The position numbers and the translations under genes were made by a program. 64,000 bases of DNA. Origin: Candidatus Dormibacteria bacterium. Its GTDB lineage: Bacteria; Chloroflexota; Dormibacteria; Aeolococcales; Aeolococcaceae. This document shows, piece by piece, positions 59,694-64,000 of this stretch. Location of the stretch: assembly GCA_050010655.1 (NCBI GenBank), contig JBEKKP010000006.1:8716-72715 (forward strand), in the 5' to 3' direction. Within the stretch, counting starts at the first letter, position 1. Every line of letters starts with the position of its first letter. The notes under the pieces are model-generated. The model worked only from the letters and a program-made list of their open reading frames with translations. It did no database searches and was not told where the DNA came from.

Positions 59694-59758
59694 CTCAGTG
59701 GTAGAGCAATGGTTTCGTAAACCATTGGCCGGGAGTTCGAATCTCCCCGTCGGCTCCA
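59684..59758 (+). tRNA. tRNA-Thr (anticodon CGT)
   Basis: Hand-folded. Acceptor GCCGACG/CGTCGGC, D-arm GCTC-AGTGGTA-GAGC, anticodon stem ATGGT/ACCAT with loop TTCGTAA, and T-arm GGGAG-TTCGAAT-CTCCC. CCA is encoded (59756..59758). Confidence 0.92.
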
Positions 59759-59766
59759 ATTTCGAC

Positions 59767-60918
59767 TCATCCAGCGAGCGACATCACGTCGCTGTCCGCG
59801 TCGTACAGGTACTCGCAAACCCCAGACCCCGGTGCGCTGCCGTGGAGCCGGAACACGTGACCGCCGACCGCCTCAACTTTGTTGAGCCAGAGGATGTTGG
59901 CGGGATCGGCTCCGTGAGTGCGGAACTCGCCGGCAAGACGCAGCCGGCGAACACGGAAGCCGCAGCCAACAACAACGCACCATTCCTCGTCCGGGCTGAT
60001 TGCGGCAGCGCTGGCTCCTCCGTACATGTCATCGAGGACCAACCACGGAAGTCCGTCTCCTTCCACGCAGATCATGCTGCCCATCTCTTCCCAGGCATAG
60101 AAGCGCGCGGACCGGACGAGAACGCGTCCCACCTGATCTCCTTTGGAGAGCACCACTTCTTGGCCGTTCTTGCCTATCGCAAAGGTCCTTCCCGCCTCTG
60201 CGGTGGTCTCGGCGCCATCGCCACGGAGTGACGCCGCCAGCTGACGTTCGTCGGCGAACGCAGCAGACCTCTCGGGGCGTACGGCCTTAGCCCGTTTCGC
60301 CTCGTCGATGATGTCGCAGGGCTCACCGATGGTGTTGGTATCGGCGTCGTAGATCCATTCACGGATGGTCCATCCGTTGCCGAGTCCCCATGATGTCGAC
60401 AGTGCGAAGCGATGTGCATCAAGTGCGCGCACGTCGGTGAACATGACGGCGTCCGCGAGGTCTCCCGTCATCGGCTGGTGCAGCTGCCAGCGTTCATGAA
60501 CGGGATGCCGCCAGTGCGATCGCAGGTCGGTGCCTGGGCGCAATTGAAACGCGAGAAACCCAAGACCGATCACGACGCACCACTGCTCGTCGTCACTGAC
60601 CGCGGCACCCCGCGGGCTCTCCCACATCCGCGCAATGCAAGTCGACGTCAGGCCCTTCCCCTGCACGTGCACCTCTTGCGCCGCCTCGGACCACACCACG
60701 TAATGCGGCGACCGAAGCATCACGTAACCGCGCGTCTCGCCCCTGATAACAACGTTCTCCACGATGGAGCCCGGCACGAGACCCGGCTTCCGTTCGAAGA
60801 CGCGGACGTCCGCATCACCGTTTGTCGTTGCGCAGCGCCTGTGAAAGCGTCCTGTCAGCATGGTCATGTCCCTTAGTGCTCGCCGAGAGTTCGGCGAGTG
60901 ACATGCCGCTACGGACAT
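59767..60918 (-). CDS. Hypothetical protein made of two homologous halves of about 170 aa
   Basis: 383-aa ORF (alternative ATGs at 60867 and 60861). The halves align, for example DDEQWCVVIGLGF with PDEEWCVVVGCGF and REWIYDADTNTI with CEYLYDADSDVM. No known motif recognised. Confidence 0.6.
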   Translation of the reverse strand: MSVAACHSPNSRRALRDMTMLTGRFHRRCATTNGDADVRVFERKPGLVPGSIVENVVIRGETRGYVMLRSPHYVVWSEAAQEVHVQGKGLTSTCIARMWESPRGAAVSDDEQWCVVIGLGFLAFQLRPGTDLRSHWRHPVHERWQLHQPMTGDLADAVMFTDVRALDAHRFALSTSWGLGNGWTIREWIYDADTNTIGEPCDIIDEAKRAKAVRPERSAAFADERQLAASLRGDGAETTAEAGRTFAIGKNGQEVVLSKGDQVGRVLVRSARFYAWEEMGSMICVEGDGLPWLVLDDMYGGASAAAISPDEEWCVVVGCGFRVRRLRLAGEFRTHGADPANILWLNKVEAVGGHVFRLHGSAPGSGVCEYLYDADSDVMSLAG

Positions 60919-61077
60919 TCGTCCCCTGGTGGCATCGTGAGCGGCACCGGGACAAAAGCGTGTCGTGGGACCTCATAAGGTTCACCCACGACTGCCGGTC
61001 CTGCCCGGCTGCAACTGTTCCGGCAGCATGCGCGCATTCGCGTCGTGCACGAGCATCACCACCGACCTGTGACACGA

Positions 61078-61989
61078 TCAATCCCAGGGGCGACCTTCGA
61101 TGAGCCAGCCGTACATCTCGACAGCACTCCGATCCGGATCGCCCATATGGCCTCCGGCCATGACGCGGACCTGCGCGTCCGGCACGTTGCGCGCCAACCA
61201 CTCGCCGTGAGCTGCAGGAACGAGCACGTCTTCCGTGCCGTACCAGACGGCTGCCGGCACGTGAATTGCCGCAAGGTCGAATCCCCATGGCTTGACGAAT
61301 GCCAGTTCGTCGTCGACCCATCCCCACACACCGTTGCGCGTGATTTCAGCCACTTCCTCCTGGACATTCGCCGCGAAGTCGTCTCTCGCCATCACAGCCT
61401 TGTCGGACTCGGGAAGGTCATAGCCATCGAGCAGGCTTTTCGGGTCAGCAGCCACGCGAGCGCGTACCTCCGCGTCCTCACGAACCAGTTCTGCATGCAG
61501 CTTGCTTTCGCCTTCTAGTGCCCAGCCGAACTCTCTGACGTTCAAAGGGTCCATGCCATCGAACCAAGCCTCCTGGAGCGCATCGTAGGGAGCACAACCG
61601 ACGACGCAGACGATACGGGTGATCCTCTCCCCGAGCAACGCCGCAACTGCGAGCGCGTGAGGGCCGCCGCCTGACCCACCACGTACGGCGAACTGTTTGA
61701 AGCCAAGTGCATCGGCGATAGCGGCCACGTCGGCCGCGCAGCGAGCGACGCTGCGACCTGCATCCCTGTCCGACTGCCCATATCCGGGCCGGTCATAGGT
61801 GATCACGTGCGCGCCCGTGGACCGAATCAAATCCTGATTGGGATGGCGCGACAGCCGGCACCCGGGCGTGCCGTGCAGTGCGAAGACTGGGCTACCGGAG
61901 AGGTCGCCCCACTCTGCGTACACGAGGGTGCGACCGTCGGCGGCGAGGGTCGTTTGCGCACTCCGATCGCGAAGATCGGGCTCTGTCAT
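61078..61989 (-). CDS. Alpha/beta hydrolase (proline iminopeptidase-like)
   Basis: VFALHGTPGCRLSRHP, the nucleophile elbow VRGGSGGGPHA and a C-terminal His region GGHMG. Confidence 0.8.
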   Translation of the reverse strand: MTEPDLRDRSAQTTLAADGRTLVYAEWGDLSGSPVFALHGTPGCRLSRHPNQDLIRSTGAHVITYDRPGYGQSDRDAGRSVARCAADVAAIADALGFKQFAVRGGSGGGPHALAVAALLGERITRIVCVVGCAPYDALQEAWFDGMDPLNVREFGWALEGESKLHAELVREDAEVRARVAADPKSLLDGYDLPESDKAVMARDDFAANVQEEVAEITRNGVWGWVDDELAFVKPWGFDLAAIHVPAAVWYGTEDVLVPAAHGEWLARNVPDAQVRVMAGGHMGDPDRSAVEMYGWLIEGRPWD

Positions 61990-62068
61990 CGGCCACTCCT
62001 TGCGCGTTCGCGGTTGGTCCCATTCAGCTCGGCGCGACGCCCGGCCGGCTGCGATTTGCAGAGTCTAG

Positions 62069-62965
62069 CTATTGCCCTGAAGGCATTTCGTGAGGCAGAA
62101 CTGCCAACTCGAGCTCGCGGAGTCGATCGGGATCCGCGACCAGGTCCGCCTCGACGATCCGTCCGTCGCGAATCTTGAACACGCCGACGCCGAACAGCCG
62201 TCCGTTAGGCGCGAGCACAACGCCGACTGCACCGTTTATGAGCGCGAGCTGCGTGAATCGAGCGCCGCCTGACCAGGCGAGTGCGCCGCGCGCAACCTGC
62301 TCAGCGCCACGCAGCTCACGCGGCGGTCCTCCACGAGCGGCAGTGCCATCGACGCGGAAGACGATGTCAGGATCGAGAACCGCAACCAGGGCTTCAAAGT
62401 TGCCACCCTGAGATGCAGCGAGAAACGCCGTCACCACCTCTCGTTGCCGCGTGAGGTCAGCTGGAGGCGCGGTCGCGGATCCGCGCACACGGCGCCGCGC
62501 TCGGCTTGCGAGCTGCCGAGCAGCAGCCGGCGTACGGTCGATCAGCGTTCCAATCTCGTCGAACGGCATCCCGAATGTGTCGTGCAACACGAACGCGAGT
62601 CGTTCGGCGGGAGTGAGCGTTTCGAGGACGACGAGCAGGGCTAGTCCCACTGAGTCGGCGAGTATGGCTTCATGCTCGGGGTCACTCCCTTCAGCGTCCG
62701 GGGACGTGACCACGTGCAGTGGCAGTGGTTCCTCACGACGCGACTGTTTCGACCGCAGCATGTTGAGGCAGATGCGCGCGACGACCGTGGTCAGCCAACC
62801 CCCGAGATTTTCGATCCCGGCGGCGCCGGAACGGCTGAGCCGGAGCCACGACTCCTGCACCGCGTCGTCCGCCTCGCTCAGCGACCCGAGCATGCGGAAC
62901 GCCACGGAGCGCAGATGTGGTCGCTCAGCCTCGAATTGCGCCGCCAGAAAGTCGTCCTTGTCCAT
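62069..62965 (-). CDS. ECF-type sigma-70 factor with fused C-terminal SnoaL/NTF2-like domain (SigJ/ECF41-like)
   Basis: Region 2 (AEDAVQESWLRL-like SEADDAVQESWLRLSR), region 4 (TLTPAERLAFVLHDTFGMPFDEIGTLI) and an extension of about 110 aa. Confidence 0.85.
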   Translation of the reverse strand: MDKDDFLAAQFEAERPHLRSVAFRMLGSLSEADDAVQESWLRLSRSGAAGIENLGGWLTTVVARICLNMLRSKQSRREEPLPLHVVTSPDAEGSDPEHEAILADSVGLALLVVLETLTPAERLAFVLHDTFGMPFDEIGTLIDRTPAAARQLASRARRRVRGSATAPPADLTRQREVVTAFLAASQGGNFEALVAVLDPDIVFRVDGTAARGGPPRELRGAEQVARGALAWSGGARFTQLALINGAVGVVLAPNGRLFGVGVFKIRDGRIVEADLVADPDRLRELELAVLPHEMPSGQ

Positions 62966-63001
62966 CAGTCACATTTCCTCATCGTGGGGTGTCAGAGCAT
63001 T

Positions 63002-63041
63002 GACACGCGAAACCCGCCCGATGTGACACGTGGTCGTCACA
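63002..63041. promoter_or_regulatory. Palindrome TGTGAC-N8-GTCACA plus ECF41-like promoter candidate reading toward the sigma gene
   Basis: TGTGAC at 63022..63027 and GTCACA at 63036..63041. On the minus strand, TGTCACA (63028..63022) is followed by 16 nt and then TGTC (63005..63002), about 36 nt upstream of the sigma ATG. Confidence 0.3.
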
Positions 63042-63084
63042 CCGATGTGGGCGACGCCCAAACGACGAACTGTGGAGACACGCC

Positions 63085-63879
63085 ATGACATCTTCCATCC
63101 TTGTGACCGGAGGCACCGGCACGCTCGGCCGTCTCGTCGTCAAGCATCTCCGAGATGCCGGTTCTGATGTACGCGTGCTCACGCGAAAGAGTCGTGACCC
63201 CGAGCCAGGCCTTGCCTTCATCGCCGGTGACCTGCTCACGGGCGCCGGCGTCGATGAGGCCGTCCAGGGGGTCGAGGCGATCGTCCACTGCGCCGGGAAC
63301 TTCAAAGGCGACGCGGCGATGACGCAAACCCTCGTCGACGCGGCGCGCAAAGCCGGCAAGCCGCATCTGGTCTTCATCTCGGTTGTGGGCACCGATCGCA
63401 TCCCGGTCGTCGGCGTCGGCCGTCTCGCGTTCGCGTACTTCCGCGCCAAGCGCGAGGCCGAGGAGATCGTTTCAGCGTCCGGTCTGCCGTGGACGACGCT
63501 GCGCGCCACGCAGTTCTACGATCTCTTTCTCATCGTCGGGAAGGCGGTGGCAAAGCTGCCCGTGGCCCCGGTGGCGGCGAAATTTCGATTTCAGCCCGTC
63601 GATGCCGATGAAGTGGCAGCACAACTCGTGGCGCTCGCGCTCGGCGAGCCCGCCGGACTCGTTCCCGACCTGGGTGGTCCGCGCGTCTACCGCATGTCGG
63701 AACTCGTCCGCTCGTACCTTCGAGCCGTCCACCGACGCCGAATGCTCCTGCCACTGTGGATTCCCGGCAAGTCGGCTCGCGTGGTCCGTGCCGGCGGCAA
63801 CCTCGTGGCACCGGTCGTGCCGGCAATCCCGGTCGGCCGGAATACCTGGGAGGAGTTCCTCGTCGCGCGGACGGGGTAG
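63085..63879 (+). CDS. NAD(P)H-binding NmrA/atypical SDR family protein
   Basis: MTSSILVTGGTGTLGRLVVKHLRDAGSDVRVLTRK. It lies divergent from the ECF sigma gene. Confidence 0.8.
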   Translation: MTSSILVTGGTGTLGRLVVKHLRDAGSDVRVLTRKSRDPEPGLAFIAGDLLTGAGVDEAVQGVEAIVHCAGNFKGDAAMTQTLVDAARKAGKPHLVFISVVGTDRIPVVGVGRLAFAYFRAKREAEEIVSASGLPWTTLRATQFYDLFLIVGKAVAKLPVAPVAAKFRFQPVDADEVAAQLVALALGEPAGLVPDLGGPRVYRMSELVRSYLRAVHRRRMLLPLWIPGKSARVVRAGGNLVAPVVPAIPVGRNTWEEFLVARTG

Positions 63880-63902
63880 GCGCACCTGCCCCGTCCGACG
63901 AT

Positions 63903-64000
63903 TCAGACCGGCGGCGGGACCGGCATCCACCCCGCCATGGGCGCGGGCGGTGCGGTCGGCTCCGGCGGCGCTTCGAAGCCACCCGGATCGAACCGGAAGG
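63903..64000 (-). CDS. 3' end of a gene truncated by the window edge (Pro-rich C-terminus)
   Basis: The minus-strand frame ending at TGA (63905..63903) has almost uniformly G/C third positions. It translates to ...FRFDPGGFEAPPEPTAPPAPMAGWMPVPPPV. It is too short to appear in the ORF track. Confidence 0.35.
   Translation of the reverse strand, partial: FRFDPGGFEAPPEPTAPPAPMAGWMPVPPPV

Noticed and set aside
58227-59759. 510-aa minus-strand ORF
   Set aside because: It is antisense to the AlkZ-like gene and to the FMN-reductase upstream region, and it reads through tRNA-Thr. Its composition is that of a shadow frame.
63035-63084. Plus-strand ECF41-type promoter (TGTCACA-N16-CGTC) driving the NmrA-like gene
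   Set aside because: Only CGTCACA is present. No CGTC occurs 16 nt downstream, and the nearest CGAC or CGCC strings are at about 10, 13 or 21 nt. I reported the better minus-strand match instead.
63961-64000. GGTTCGATCC-like string on the minus strand resembling a tRNA T-arm
   Set aside because: The flanking bases do not form a 5-bp T-stem (CCGG versus CGGG mispairs), and no acceptor or anticodon arms can be drawn. The region instead shows coding-like wobble GC for a truncated minus-strand gene.

Overview
High-GC chromosomal window (about two-thirds G+C by hand counts of several lines), densely packed with about 60 protein genes and two tRNAs. I saw no rRNA, CRISPR array, transposase or integrase. 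Gene content and order look like a Gram-positive-type high-GC lineage (Actinomycetota-like or a neighbouring phylum), but I cannot assign the taxon from sequence alone. Many of the long ORFs in the six-frame track are GC-driven shadow ORFs. I separated real genes from shadows by recognisable protein motifs and third-position GC.

- **1-19.2 kb:** an envelope-glycan biosynthesis locus. It holds a UDP-glucose dehydrogenase and a UDP-glucuronate decarboxylase, a WbaP-type priming transferase, two GT4 and one GT2 glycosyltransferases, an atypical SDR and three SAM methyltransferases. It also has an orphan 589-aa protein and three paralogous GT-C-like polytopic proteins, one of them frameshifted. 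I recognised no Wzx, Wzy or ABC exporter.
- **19-31 kb:** mixed housekeeping and accessory genes. These include a DD-carboxypeptidase, a MOSC protein, a ClgR/PopR-like regulator translationally coupled to an orphan ClpP, a Crp/Fnr regulator, an OsmC protein, an orphan AAA+ ATPase, a class A PBP and a rhomboid protease.
- **31-49.8 kb:** one long minus-strand housekeeping run. It contains tRNA-Leu, tig, an ABC-2 exporter pair, clpP-clpX, valS, a zinc-ribbon membrane protein followed by four tightly coupled uncharacterised polytopic membrane proteins, maf, a DUF11 lipoprotein and rplU-rpmA-obg-nadD-rsfS.
- **49.8-64 kb:** a small SD-preceded ORF, two GT39-type glycosyltransferases, mscL with a zinc-ribbon tail, leuS, GNATs and an AlkZ-like protein. 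These are followed by tRNA-Thr with a slightly lower-GC gene for an internally duplicated orphan protein, then an ECF sigma factor with a fused NTF2-like domain and its divergent NmrA-like partner.

The items I consider most worth follow-up are:
- the non-canonical glycan locus and its GT-C-like paralogue family;
- the four-gene membrane operon downstream of valS;
- the obg gene, whose conserved N-terminus has no canonical start codon and lies in frame with rpmA across a single TAA;
- the clgR-like/clpP pair.
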